Shown piece after piece: positions 14,852-28,610 of a stretch of 64,000 bases of DNA. The stretch is from Octopus vulgaris (lineage: Eukaryota), in contig OX597814.1 of assembly GCA_951406725.2 (NCBI GenBank), positions 10,788,001-10,852,000 of the forward strand. The letters run 5' to 3'. Position 1 is the stretch's first letter. Every line of letters starts with the position of its first letter. The position numbers were made by a program, and so were the translations under genes. The notes beneath the pieces were generated by a model, which worked only from the letters and a program-made list of their open reading frames with translations, did no database searches and was not told the DNA's origin.

Positions 14852-15199
14852 GCTAGCTAGCTAGCTAGCTATCTGTCTGTCCATTTGTCTACTATTCTAT
14901 CTTTCTTTCATTCTTTCTTTCTTTCTATCTCTCTTTCTTTTTGTATTTACTGTGGTCGAGTCAGTCTCTTGCTACACTGAGTGTCGTGTGGAGGTGGCAC
15001 TGATTCGCATACATAGACACACACATACATAGACACACGCCCATAGACACATGAGTACATAATACTACATGCATACACATAGACATGCATGCACACGTAC
15101 ACATAGACGCACGGACACACATACAGACACACACACAAACACACACACTTACGCGTGTATCATGTTAAAGTGTTGGAAAGATTTCACCAAAAATGCTTC

Positions 15200-15510
15200 C
15201 GCCACATACTCAAAATAAGCTGGTCCTTTCACATTCCTGACACTATGGTTCTTATCGTAGCTAGTATGACATCAATCTAAGGCAATTTCAGCCATATGTA
15301 CGATGTGCACATCCCCACGCAAATATTTTATGGTGAACTTATGCTTGAAAAGGGAAAAAAATAGTAAGCCAAAGAAAAAAATGACCCAAGGACTGTTTAA
15401 TATCAAATTTGAAACGTCTTGAATTATGTTACAAAAGTTTTGAATCAATTGTGACAGATAGGGATGCGTGGAGAGCTACGATTTGAAACAGTGTTAAATA
15501 TTTTGACCTT
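15200..15510 (+). pseudogene. RTE-clade LINE ORF C-terminal remnant
   Basis: LKISWSFHIPDTMVL..HIPTQIFYGELMLEKGKNSKPKK/KDCLISNLKRL..DRDAWRATI matches the RTE C-terminal pattern. Confidence 0.7.
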
Positions 15511-15939
15511 GACAAAGTTAAGTATTCTGAAAGGAAATCAAAAGTGCATGAAAATGAAATTAATAGCAATAACTTAGAATGTTTCTCATTTTCTAAAAAA
15601 AATGTTTCTTAAGCACAAAATTATGCATAATTCATGCTGGAATGAATTCGCACCACCATGCTCATGCGATTAGGGCACACACGAACCATTGGAATTGCAT
15701 ACTAAATAACCGGTTTCAATGACATGAATGTCAGCAAACCTGCAAGTCATATGAAGGATTGAAGCAGTACTTGAACATTCATAATAAACAAGCGAAAAGT
15801 GGAGCAAATGCTGGATTGAGACATTATTGCAGTATTTGTGATCAGTTCTTCAAACGCCTTTCAAGGCTCGAGAGTCATTTAAAATCTCACACTTCGAAAG
15901 AAGGGGTCATGTTCTGCTAGCTGAAGACAGCGGAGGTAC

Positions 15940-16485
15940 ATGGAGAATCTCTGTGATGTCTCGCGTTGTGTAACATGGGTTATTTTTATTTGTTCATTAT
16001 CAACAACTGTAGGCCTACCAGAACATTGACGATCTCCAAGTCAAAATTTTCGGCTCTAAACCTAGTGAACCACATACGAACAGTGCTTTCAGCTAAGACA
16101 CCATCTTCATAAAGAGCACATTTCTTCTTTTCTGTTTGTGCAGCGTTTTTAGCTTTCCGGAAATAAAAGAACATTAGATGACGAAAACGTATTTCATTTT
16201 CCTTCATTTTCAATTTTATCCCAAGACTAGCTGTTGTTGTTTGTTGTTGGTTCCTTCTCGAGCTATGCCTGATTCATAAGGGCCGGTTTTACGGCTTCAT
16301 TGGCGTACAAGTTCCCCACTTGGGCGGCACACCGGTCCATTGCACTTAAGAATATTAGCAGTAACTAATCCACACAAAATTCAAATAGCAAAATACGTTG
16401 AGATCTCTTTCAGAAAATATATGTCATGTTCCTATCACGTGATTAAATATCAGTTGAAAAACACTACGAACTTTTACCAAACGAT

Positions 16486-16487
<2 letters not shown>
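15940..16487 (-). mobile_element. Mariner element 5' part with N-terminal HTH of transposase
   Basis: ORF 16213-15986 FRHLMFFYFRKAKNAAQTEKKKCALYEDGVLAESTVRMWFTRFRAENFDLE is Mos1/SETMAR-type HTH. TIR-like end near 16465-16487; interrupted by another fragment at about 16230-16345. Confidence 0.85.
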
Positions 16488-16536
<49 letters not shown>

Positions 16537-16537
16537 A

Positions 16538-16695
16538 TACAGTGTGCGATAGGTAAATTATCGCCATTTTATTCTTTTTATTTCGCGCATGCACATTGTT
16601 TGTTTTTGATTTTGTCCACTACACAGTATGTAATTTTGATAAATATATCTGTCAAAATGAGATGTCAGCATTATTTTCATTTTTGCGTAATTTAG
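16538..16695 (+). mobile_element. Internally deleted Tc1/mariner-type MITE (same family as 34513-35270)
   Basis: tacagtgtgcgataggtaaattatcgccatttt and aaaatgagatgtcagcattattttcatttttgcgtaatt match the two ends of 34513-35270 in reverse complement. Confidence 0.7.
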
Positions 16696-16772
16696 ATTTC
16701 TATGTGTATGTATGTATGTATGTATGTATGTATGTATGTATGTATGTATGTATGCATGTATGTATATGTATG

Positions 16773-17326
16773 TATAGGATGGAGTAGAAAGGGCGGACAT
16801 CTTTGAAATGACAATTACTCAGCCTCAGAGGGAGGGACATATGTCCGAGAAGTACCATTCTATCCGTGGTGTTTTAGCATTTTTTTTTCTTTTCAGGTGA
16901 AGCCAAGGTGCTGTGGACGATAGAATATCGCGTGTTTACCTACGACAGTTACGTGAAGAATAACGAGTCTGTCACAGTGATTCAGCATGTGTTTCGGCGC
17001 CACTTCAACATTCACCGAAATCAGGCTGTTCCCACCTGTAACACAATCTTACGTTGGATGAAAACTCTTCGTACACGATGTACATAAATGAATAGGAGAC
17101 CAGTGGGTGCCCCAAGAACAGTACAGACCCCGGAAATGTGGAACGCGTCAGACAAGCTTTCAGAAATGCATCAATGAAAACGGACACCACATGATGGATG
17201 TTGTTTCGCACACTTGATGCTGACAAATGTTAATTCACTACGAGCACACTGATGCCAATAAAATTTGTTTGCAGCTAAAATTGATGGTTTTGTGAATTTT
17301 TCAAAAACGTCCTTCCCCAGCCTGTA
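16773..17326 (+). mobile_element. Deleted Tc1/mariner-superfamily element with DUF4817-like HTH remnant
   Basis: From 16908: VLWTIEYRVFTYDSYVKNNESVTVIQHVFRRHFNIHRNQAVPTCNTILRW..GAPRTVQTPE. Imperfect TIRs tataggatgg..ggacatctttgaaa and ttcaaaaacgtcc..ccagcctgta; TA termini. Confidence 0.75.
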
Positions 17327-17329
17327 TAT

Positions 17330-17440
<111 letters not shown>

Positions 17441-17524
17441 TCTCTCGGTTTACTACAGTGGCAAAGCAATGAATCATGAAACTCGTTTATCGTCACACGG
17501 AAGATCTGGTCTAAATCAATAGAA

Positions 17525-18412
17525 GCTTCAAACTTTGGCACTAGGCTTGAAATTTTTTAGTGGGGGATGATAAGTTGATCCTATCGAACTCAGTGCTCAA
17601 CTGATACCTTTTTTATTGACTCCAAAATAACGAAAGACAAAGTCAACGTTGTCGGAGTTTGAACAAAGAACGTAATGAGGCGAAAGATATATTGCAAATC
17701 ATTATTTTCGACGCTCTAACGATTCTGCCAGTTCGCCTCTTTAATGTTTCAAATTCTGGTACAAGACCAGGAATATTAGGAGAAGGGAAATACTTCACTA
17801 GTACTTTATTTTGTCGATTCCGAAAGGATAGACGATAATATCGACCGCGACAGACTTTGAACTCCGGACGTAATGAATGGGAAGAAATATCGCAAAGCAT
17901 CTTGTCCTGCGCTCTAGCCAGCTAATTCTGCTAGGTTACTGCCTAAATGTTTCGGATATTGGCACAAGGCCAGTTTTCCAGGAGTAGAGACCAAATGGGT
18001 TACATCGTTGCCAGTTCTCGATTAGGATATATTTTATCGAGTGCGAAATGATGAAAAGACAGAGTTAACATCCACAAGATTTGAACTCAGAACATAGAGA
18101 GCTGGAAGAAATACCGCTATGGATTTGAGCAGCAATCCAATAACTCTACCTGTTCGATGCCTTCTTGGTTTGATTAATTAATGGTTCCAAATTTTGGTGC
18201 AAGATCAGCAAGTGCAAGAGAGGAGTTAAATCAATTAACCGATTAATAATCGACCCCAGTAACCAACTAGCACTCATTTATCGACACCGAAAGGGTGAAA
18301 GGCAAAGCTGAGCTCAACAGAATTTGAACTCAGAAAATAAAGACAGACGAAATGCCGCTAAGCATTTCGCCCGGTGCGATAACGGTTCTGCCAGCTCATC
18401 GCTTCGGTTTGA
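17525..18412 (-). mobile_element. Head-to-tail cluster of about 4 diverged SINE B-type copies
   Basis: The unit (aaattttggcacaagg..ttatcgac..gaaaggatgaaa..tttgaactcagaa..ccgctaagcat) recurs at about 17525, 17745, 17950 and 18185. Confidence 0.7.
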
Positions 18413-19914
18413 TTAAGTAATACAGAATGTTATGTACTTCTCTGTATAGACTCAAAACCTGGTCAAGCCGATCTATGATCAGAAACATTCCAATCTTGAC
18501 CATCCTGTCTTTTTTTTTCCTTCAGGCATTTTTTGAGGAATTGTCTTTTCCGGACTTTTTATTTAAGAACATAGTGAACTGAGAGAATGTTACCAGCTAT
18601 TTTTAGCAAGTCGAACTACCACGTTGAAGCTACCTTGTTAGCTTGTTGCTTTATTTGTTGGTCCCCATTTATTGTAAAAAGAAATATTTTAATGTGTCAG
18701 TTACAATTTCACAGTGTGTCACGTAGATCACACACTCTCTCTCTCACTCTCTCTCTCTCCCTCGCCCTCTCTCTCTCTCTCTCTGTCTTCCTCTCTCCCT
18801 CTCCCTCTAACGGCAGCGATGACTTTCAAGTCTCACACATCTTGTTCAAACAGATGGTTTCATGTTGTTGGCGTGACTTAAGTCTGATTGAAGCCTTCCA
18901 CTTTCGATTTGACCTTTATCCTCATGTGCTTAATCTCTGCGTCAGCAAAATTCAAAGGATGAACAAAATATGTGTGTATAGGGGCCGTGAAAGGTGTCTG
19001 TGGCGACTATCACATTGTAGTGATCTTAAAACAAGATTCTTCTTAGAATTCTTGCCAAAGTTTCACAGTTACAACTTCAAAGAAAAGACTTAAAACCACG
19101 TGTTGCGATTTAGTATTTTGCTAAATGCTAAAGCGTATGTATAAGCTTGTAGAAATCTCAGGCAGCCAAACGGTTTTGGTCCCTGGTTACAGCCATTTGA
19201 ATTTTCCTTATCTCATTAATCGTCACGCAATCCCATTTATCCTTCTGCACATCTGTGAGTCATTGACTCTGTATTAATTGTTCGCATGGCGACGGATTTG
19301 CAGACATCAGTTGAATGTTAAGCCAAATATTTTACAACGGTGTTTAGTTATGCCCCTTTACTATTTGAGTTCAAATATAGCCGAAGTCAACTTTGTTCGT
19401 TTTCATTCTTATAGTGTCGATAAATGATAAAATAGATTACCAGTCATGTACTGGGGTCTACGTAATTGACTATATATCTCCCCGAAAACAAGCCTTTTGT
19501 CTCTGTTAATTCTTTGAATCCCTGACTATGCTTTAGCGAGAGAAATTTCATTTTGCTTTACTCTTGAAAGGTGCAAAAGTGTGTGAAAAGAGGAAACTTG
19601 GTTTTGTGGTTATAGATGGCAAATTGGTAGAAACATCCTTATTTTCTGCCTTAAACATGAAACAATATGACCGACCGCGTTTTCGTCGTCCAAATGAAAT
19701 CAGGCCCGTTAAAGAGTACTCATGAATTTAAAGCGCTAAAAGCCATTATTTGTCCAGCAATTCAAACAATTTATGAAAACAGAATTATCAAGTGTCTCTA
19801 TTGATAAAGTTTTGGACTAAGCTCATGGAAGCTACAAAAGCCGATGATGACGACGATGATAACGATGATGAATGATGGTGATGGTAATGATGACGACAAT
19901 GATGATGATTGATA

Positions 19915-19955
<41 letters not shown>

Positions 19956-20188
19956 CGACAACAACGAAGATGACGATGACGATGATTGATGATTGATGGA
20001 TGATGATGATTATGATGATGACGACGTCGACGAAGATGACGATGATGATATTAAGAATAAGATGATAAATATATAAACGGAATGTGCCTCAGATATCTTA
20101 GAGTTTTTTTCATATACAAAATATACATTATATACAATATATATTGTTTTTATGAACGTATGTATATGTATGTATGTATGTATATGTA

Positions 20189-20219
<31 letters not shown>

Positions 20220-20323
20220 GTATTACTTATTAAGAAATATTAGTGCCGAACAGACAACTGCATATCCTACTTAACGTGGTTGTACTGTAAGAATGCCATA
20301 TTGTTATGGTATTTGACTTGAGA

Positions 20324-20472
20324 TTCCGCCGAGGTCGACTTTGCCTTTCATCCTTTCGGGGTCGATAAATTAAGTACCAGTTACGCACTGGGGTCGATTA
20401 ATCGACTTAATACCTGTGTCTGTCCTTGTTTGTCCCCTCTATGTTTAGCCCCTTGTGGGTAATAAAGAAATA
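20324..20472 (+). mobile_element. 5'-truncated young SINE B with 16-bp TSD
   Basis: TSD ggtatttgacttgaga at 20308-20323 and 20473-20488. Confidence 0.9.
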
Positions 20473-20910
20473 GGTATTTGACTTGAGAAAACTTCCTGTA
20501 TATGCGCGTAGTGCTTTAAAAGCCCATCATCACATCGACCCATCAGGCTATCAGCCCATCGGCTCATCAACCCAGTCAGCCCATTGGCTATATGAAACGT
20601 CAGTGACTGATGAACAGTAGAGGGAAGTTTATTTAGTGTGTGGTGATATCGGATACCTGCTTATGATAATGTGCGAATGCACAGAAATGACGCAATTTAG
20701 GAGTTTTATCAACGGTGTTCACAAATTTTTGTCTGTTGTCCATACATTTCTGAGTTTTTAGCAGAACGCGTCTACACGACATGCTTTCTCAAGAAGAATA
20801 CTGCAAATTATGACGTTATTACAGTACATCGACGTTAAATTAGATATATTAAATATACTCATTGCTTTCTCACTCCCCTTCCATCTCTCCCTCCTTCTCT
20901 CTGTATCTCG

Positions 20911-21051
<141 letters not shown>

Positions 21052-21090
21052 GATGGATATATACAGACATATATATATATACTTATCTAC

Positions 21091-21155
<65 letters not shown>

Positions 21156-21307
21156 CTTCCTAGAGGTAAGACAATTTTTTTCATGTTTGTTGCACACACG
21201 CATCTTTACTAGTACATACGCAGTGAAGCTATACATTAGCGTCGTATTTATTACGTTCGCTATTTTCCAGTAAATATCAGTACTTCGTTGTGCCATTTAT
21301 TTACTTT

Positions 21308-21420
<113 letters not shown>

Positions 21421-21431
21421 GTTGTTGTATG

Positions 21432-21716
21432 TGTGAGGTATACTAGCCATCTCAATATGGCTAACCACTAAGGGTGGGTGTTACTGTAGCTTGTAGCCCC
21501 AGGATAACATCGTCTCCAGCTGGCTTTAGGCACACTTTCTGTTCTCTTATGGTATTTGCAAAGGGAGGTCATCCCTCCCTCGTCAACCTAAGTGATACGC
21601 ACGGACTGCAGTTTCTAGGTATTGACCTGTCGTCGGCGTACGACAATCACCGGTAGAAACTGCAGTCCGTGGTTAGTTAGTGGTTAGCAATATTGAGTTG
21701 GCTAGTATATCTCACA
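21432..21716. mobile_element. Fold-back MITE-like element with about 40-bp TIRs and an internal 18-bp perfect hairpin
   Basis: TIRs 21432-21471 and 21677-21716 (3 mismatches). Inner inverted repeat cacggactgcagtttcta at 21600-21617 and 21654-21671. Confidence 0.75.
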
Positions 21717-21793
21717 TTGTCGTGCAGTTACTGTTTACACCTCGTTCAGAGATTTATTATTGTGCTGTATGTATATGTATATATATACTTATA

Positions 21794-21842
<49 letters not shown>

Positions 21843-22034
21843 ACATATATGTGTCTATAAGTATATATATACATATACATACATTATATATATATATATA
21901 GAGAGAGAGAGAGGAGATGCGTGTGTGTGTGTGCTTCTGTGTGTGTGTGAGCGTGCGCATGCGTTTGTGCATACGTATTCATATATACATAAATATATAT
22001 TATATATATTAGTACACACACACACACAAACACA

Positions 22035-22089
<55 letters not shown>

Positions 22090-22239
22090 GCAAATATTTA
22101 TATATGTATATATGTGTATCTATCTATCTCTTTATCCATCTAACCCTTTATCTAGCGATATATGTACATATATAATATATGTATGTATATATACATATAC
22201 ATATATAAATTATATGTATGTATATATATATATATATTT

Positions 22240-22318
<79 letters not shown>

Positions 22319-22751
22319 CATGCTCTTATGTATACTTTGTATATTTTTATATTTACGATCTATATCCCTTATCTACAAAATTAGAAATATTGCATTTCTA
22401 AATCTCTCAAAGAGAGTTATGTAGTAGCAACGCAATAAAGTGATGGTTAATTTTGTAGATCAGTGAATTTATTTCACTTGAAATTCTCTAAGTTTTCTAC
22501 AGCGATTTAGCACCGACAGCTAGCCGGGCCAAGCTACATCAGACTGATGAAGAACAATTACCCTGAAACTAGGGTTGAGGTTGTTGGGTGGAGGTGCTTT
22601 TCTTCCCTGTTTGAAAGCTTAAGGACACAGAACGCTTATGTCGTGTATCCAAATAGAAACGGTGTTTCTTGGGGCTAAACAGCAGTAGCATTCTTCCCTG
22701 TCGCAGGACTGTCACATTAAGTTGCCAACAAGCCATCTTTTTATATATATA

Positions 22752-22932
22752 CTCTTTTACTTGTTTCAGTCATTTGACTGCGGCCATGCTGGTAGTACTT
22801 ATTCTATCGGTCCCGTTTTGCCGAACCCCTAAGTTACGGGGACGTAAACACACCACCATCAGTTGTCAAGCGATGTTGGGGGACAAACACAGACACACAA
22901 ACATACACACACGCACACACATATATACATAA

Positions 22933-23012
<80 letters not shown>

Positions 23013-23175
23013 GACGGACTTCTTTCAGTTTCCGTCTACCAAATTCGCTTAAAAGGCTTTGGTCGGCCCGAGGCTATAGTAGAAGACAATTGCCCAAGGT
23101 GCCACGCAGTGAGACTGAACGCGGAACTATGTGGTTGGTAAGCAAGGTACTTACCACACAGCCACTCCTGCGCCT
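22752..23175 (-). mobile_element. SINE family A with expanded internal (TA)n
   Basis: Tail at 22752 (ctcttttacttgtttcagtcatttgactgcggccatgctgg); head at 23150-23175 (cttaccacacagccactcctgcgcc). Confidence 0.85.
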
Positions 23176-23309
23176 ATATAAATATATTGATATTGATATA
23201 GTACATAGATAAAGCAGAGTTCCAGCATGACCGCAATCAAATGATTTGAATAAGTAAAAGAATAAAAGAACACATACATTGTGTGCGTATGTATGTTCGC
23301 ATTTGCGTG

Positions 23310-23390
<81 letters not shown>

Positions 23391-24018
23391 CAAAAATAAA
23401 ACGTCTGAAAGGCGATAATATTGCCGAACAGAAACGTTGTTAGCATATTTCTCAATGAAAACTAAACTCTGATGAAACGAACGGATTTTAAAAGTAAATA
23501 CGAGAAGAAAAGAAAAGAGAAAGCCCTCCAGAAATAAAAAGCAACAAAAAAAAAAAGAAATACATAAAAGAAGCGAATAAAATAAACACATGTGATTAGA
23601 GTTGTGATATGTGTGATAATCTTATCTGATTTACTTGTCAGCTAAGTGTAGATGTACATATGTAAGTCCATTAAACTATTCATCTATAGATTTATTACTA
23701 AAGTATGCGTTGGTTGGAAAAACAAAAACAAAACATGGATGAAAAGCAGAAACAATAACCTCCGCCCCATCACATCCGAGTGAATACGGAATCAAACGAA
23801 CGGCTTGTAATATATGATGCTACAGTTGAAGTGTTACGTCGGTAAAAATCGGAGATACGCAGGTTTCGGTAAGTGGTTGATGTCGGATGGATGAGTTTTG
23901 GGGGATGTAGTGTTGGTATGTAAATGTTTTGAGAAGAATGTCATACATACACATCCTCACCATACATCCATACGAACAAGTGTATCAATACACACACATA
24001 TATAGGTATGTATATGTA

Positions 24019-24275
<257 letters not shown>

Positions 24276-25242
24276 TATGTATATATATATATATATACAT
24301 ACACACACACACACAAACACACACACACATTTCGGGAAGTTCATTTTTCGGTGGGGTGTCCAAGTAAACAAACGCACTTTATATTCGTTCTTTACTTCAG
24401 ATCTATTATTCTTCCTATTTTATGTCCTTTGCCTTGAAATCATTCGTCACACCTCCTGTGACCGCTTCAGCGATTCTCCATCCCATGTGCATCACCCTTT
24501 TCTGTTTTGTCCGATAGAATAGACTCGGTATATGTACCGGGAAAAGTTTGTAAATGCGTCAAATGTTTATATACATTTTTTTTTTTTTGTTTAATTGAAA
24601 CAATATTGACATTTTAATATAAGGAGTAAACAGTTGTATTCTATGAATTTATATGTCTTCCTTTTATAGTTTAAGGGAATATATATTGGTGTATGTATTC
24701 ATAAAGTACGTTTCAGAACCTAAAGAGCTGTAACTGAATACTGTAAACGCATTATATTTTACGATCTGACGATCCTATTAATTCTATAGTCTCTTATTTA
24801 GATCGAAGCTTAACAATTTGAAGGCAGGCTTAGTGAATTTAGTGGATTCTATTGACTCTTGTACTTGACTAGCATTTTTATCTTATCGAACTCGGAGAGG
24901 TGAAATGTAAAGAAGATCTTGCCAGGATTTCAACCCAGAACGGAGTAGGCCTGGAAGCAATATCGTAAAGTATTTTGTCTCAGGTATACCGTCTACGAAA
25001 GGTAAGTGTCCTCTCACAGCGGTTTTCTCTGGCTGACCTTATGGGGAAGTTGGTTCAAAACCTTGATTCCTTTTTGCCACACACCCGCGTTTCCACTCAC
25101 AGGAGTGAGACAGCTAGGCGCAACTGTTTAGACCCTGACAATTTGGCACTAGAGGCAACCACACACACATGCGTGGGCGCACACACACAATTACACACAG
25201 AGGAGTACGCACGAAATTATACGCTTAAATAGGGTGTGTGAG

Positions 25243-25550
25243 AGAAGCCCGTCGTATATACATATATATATATATATTGTGTGTGTGTATGTGTGTGTGT
25301 ACGCGGGCGTTGTGTGTGTGTGTGTGTGTGTGTGTGTATTTGTGTGATTGTGTTTGCCCCACCATCGCTTGATAACCGATGTTGGTGTGTTCACGTCTCC
25401 GTACCTTGGCAGTTCGGCAAAAGAGACCGATAGAATATGTACTAGGCTTACAAAGAATAAGTCCTGTGGTCGATTTGCTTGATTAAAGGCGGTGCTCTAG
25501 CATGACCGCAGTCAAATGACCGAAACAAATAATAGAATAAATGAATAAAA
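25243..25550 (+). mobile_element. SINE family A 3' part
   Basis: cggcaaaagagaccgatagaat..ggcggtgctctagcatgaccgcagtcaaatgaccgaaac. Confidence 0.8.
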
Positions 25551-26437
25551 GAATATACATGCCTGCATATATATGTAGGTGTGTGTGTGTGTGTGTGTTT
25601 GTCCGTGAATGTGTATACATACGTGTATACATACATATTTATACACACACACACTTATGTATACGTGTGTGTATGTATATACGCGTGTGAATGCGTTTTG
25701 ATAATTATTTAAATCAAATAATGAATAGCAAATTTATGTATATATTTCAATTTTTAAATATGTACCTTTATTTATAGTCAAGAATTGTAATCAACATGTA
25801 AGCTTAATGACATTATATTTATGGTTTTGTAACAGATGCTGGGGGAATCTGATAAATTCATAATACTCGTCGGACGAGGAGGAGAGAGCAATAATGTTTT
25901 ATACTGCTTTTGGTAATAATAAAATCGAAGTTCTGTTCTGTTTTGGATAGGTGTGTTGTTTGCCAATTGTTTCCTCTCTAAGTTTATTTCCGTTATGTAA
26001 TGTAATGTATTGCAATTGTTCCCCTATCAAAGAACCCCGCGAAGCCGCATTTTTAAAACAGTTTATTTGACCTCAACAGAAATCGAATTAGTACTATTAA
26101 AAATATAATAATGACATATTGAATGTATCATAATCAGCGATTATGTCAACGATATATTCACTGTATAGGACACCAGAACATGGATAAATTAAAGTAAGAC
26201 AAAGATAAACATTGAGTAATAAAAATCAACATCGAGAACAATACGAATAAAGCTCTCGATGATGCTATATTTCTATCTCGATTCTTACTTTCCAAAAGTC
26301 GCACAGTCCTCGGTATAAAAACACCTTACTATGAAATTTCAGGCAGTTAATATATCTATCATACTTTATCCTAGCCGTCCATCCATCCATGCATAAATAC
26401 ATACATACATACATACATACGGAGAAATGACTGCTGT

Positions 26438-26477
<40 letters not shown>

Positions 26478-26652
26478 GATACAAATTGAGATAGGGGTTG
26501 TAAATGCAACCCTCCATGGGATAACATATATCCAATATACTGCTAGTGAAGTACCCAACAAAGTTAATACATAAATGTTAAGAATTGCGATGCAATTAAT
26601 TCATTTACTGTATTACATGGGCAAAGGTAAAATGTTTTACCACAAATTCATA

Positions 26653-26853
26653 ATACAAAATAAGAAAATGGAGAAATACATCCAAATCAAATATCAATTA
26701 CCAGATAATACCCAATCACATACTTTATTAAACCATCACATTCTTAGTAAACCATCACATAAGAATGTGATGGTTTAATAAAGTATGTAATTGGGTATTA
26801 TCTGGTAATTGATATTTGATTTGGATGTATTTCTCCATTTTCTTATTTTGTAT
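26653..26853. repeat. Near-perfect 94-bp-arm inverted repeat with 13-nt spacer
   Basis: Arms 26653-26746 and 26760-26853 with one mismatch. Also visible as the shared peptide IQNKKMEKYIQIKYQLPDNTQ in ORFs on both strands. Confidence 0.9.
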
Positions 26854-26879
26854 ATATTTAGATATATATATAAACAACT

Positions 26880-27305
26880 TCCTCCTTATCATGGATACAT
26901 GCATAATCAGCAGGAGGAACATCACTGGAACGTACCCATCAAAACTTCTATCAAATGCAAACATAACAGACGTAACCTCGTTATTTGGGACAGGAAAGGA
27001 AAGTCATATACAGTCATAGAGGTCAGTTGCATTGAAAATGTGAACATTTACAAAATTAGCAAGAAGGAAAAAATATGTAAGGACACCTATTTCGAAATAT
27101 ACAACTCGACTAATTCGATTATATTATCTACATTCATATCAATAATCGTTGGTACGCTCAGTTATGAAGGTAAATGCCTAAGACACAATCTTGAGAAAGC
27201 TAGAATAGCAGGCAAAGAAAGAGGCTGGCTAACACAAACGTTAGAGATACAATCTGTAAGCGGCACAATAAAAATATTCAAGATTTTCTTTAAAGTTCGT
27301 ACATA
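26880..27305 (+). pseudogene. RLE endonuclease domain remnant of an R4/Dong/NeSL-type non-LTR retrotransposon
   Basis: WNVPIKTSIKCKHNRRNLVIWDRKGKSYTVIEVSC..KKEKI..IIVGTL is the degenerate NRPDxxxxD..xIEVxxP..K..KY..IIVGxLG pattern. Confidence 0.75.
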
Positions 27306-27344
27306 ACAATTATCGTTGGTGTTATCCAAACTCCAATCTTTTAT

Positions 27345-27762
27345 CTTTTATTCTTTACTTGCTTCAGTCATTAGACTGCGGCCATGCTGGAGCACCGCCT
27401 TGAATTGTTACTCGCATGAATCGACCCCAGGTACTTCATTTTTAAGCCTGGTACTTAATATATCGATCTCTTTTGAAAAAGGGGACGAAAACACAGCAAC
27501 ACCGATTGTCAAGCGGTGGTGGTGGTGGTGGTGGTGGTGGTGGAACAAACATAGGCACAAAGACACACACACACATTGGTACATATACACACATATATAC
27601 ACATTGGACGGGTTGCTTTCAGTTCCCGTCAACCAAATCCACTGACAAGAATCTGGTCGGCCTGAGGCTATGGTAGCAGACACTTGCCTATGGTGCCATG
27701 CAGTGGGACTGAACCCGGAATCATGTGGTTCGGAAGCAAGTTTCTTACCACAGAGCCGCGCC
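27345..27762 (-). mobile_element. SINE family A (diverged, full length)
   Basis: Tail at 27345-27400; head cagtgggactgaacccggaatcatgtggtt..cttaccacagagccgcgcc. Confidence 0.8.
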
Positions 27763-28091
27763 GATACGCTTTTATTTGTTTCAGTCATTTGACTGAGGCC
27801 ATGTTGAGGCACCGCCTTTAGACGAACAGATCGCCCCCAGAACTTATTCTTTGTAAGCCTAGTACTTATTCCATCGGTTCCTTTTACCGAATCGCTAAGT
27901 TACGGCGACGTAGACGCACCAACAAAGGTTGTCAAGCGATGGTGGCGTGGGGGGGTCAAACACAAACACCCAAACATATACATATATATATATATTTATA
28001 TAAATAAGGATAAGGTCGATATTTGAAATACCGATCATATCAAGTGGCTAGCATAGGAATAAAAACCTCGTAGGTAATAATTATTATTAAA

Positions 28092-28330
28092 ATTATGATT
28101 AAGGGTATCTAAAAGATACCATCATGTTAGAGATAGCTGTCAAAACTTGAATCTGAAACCACATCAAATATTGATACAGCACCAGGGGAGACAAAATATT
28201 TTTTTGCTAGTTTATTTTTTCCTCTTTGTTTTCTCTCCTGGTGCTGTATGGAAATTTTATGTGGATTTAGAGTCAAGTTTTAACTGATATCTCTAGCATG
28301 ATGGTATCTTTTAGATATTCTTAATTATAA

Positions 28331-28331
<1 letters not shown>
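28092..28331. repeat. Imperfect fold-back palindrome (about 105-bp arms)
   Basis: tatctaaaagataccatcatgttagagata..aaaacttga..atacagcaccagg versus cctggtgctgtat..tcaagtttt..tatctctagcatgatggtatcttttagata. Confidence 0.8.
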
Positions 28332-28380
<49 letters not shown>

Positions 28381-28385
<5 letters not shown>

Positions 28386-28610
28386 TGGTGTGGATTTGGG
28401 TTTCTTTAAAACTAAACTGGATCTCTTCTTGTCAGGGGTTCCAGATGAACCTACCTCTCGGCAGGAAACACAGATGCGGGCAACGGCGTCGAACTCCCTT
28501 GTTGACCAAGTGCCACGTATCAGAGGTGGTTTCACATACTAGAGTAGCTCATTCAACAGTGGTGCTCCAGCACGGCCGCAGCTTTCGAGCTGAAACATTT
28601 TAAAGGATTT
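28381..28610 (+). mobile_element. 3' end of CR1/L2-group LINE (same family as 4928)
   Basis: HGVDLGFFKTKLDLFLSGVPDEPTSRQETQMRATASNSL, then gtggtgctccagcacggccgcagctttcgagctgaaac. Confidence 0.8.

Noticed and set aside
18587-19093. 168-aa ORF
   Set aside because: Runs through a (CT)n tract, has no motif and no evident splice structure; likely chance.
22538-22580. ctgatga..ccctgaaactaggg hammerhead-like words
   Set aside because: Helix II has only 2 bp and neither helix I nor the cleavage triplet can be formed convincingly; at best a decayed relic.
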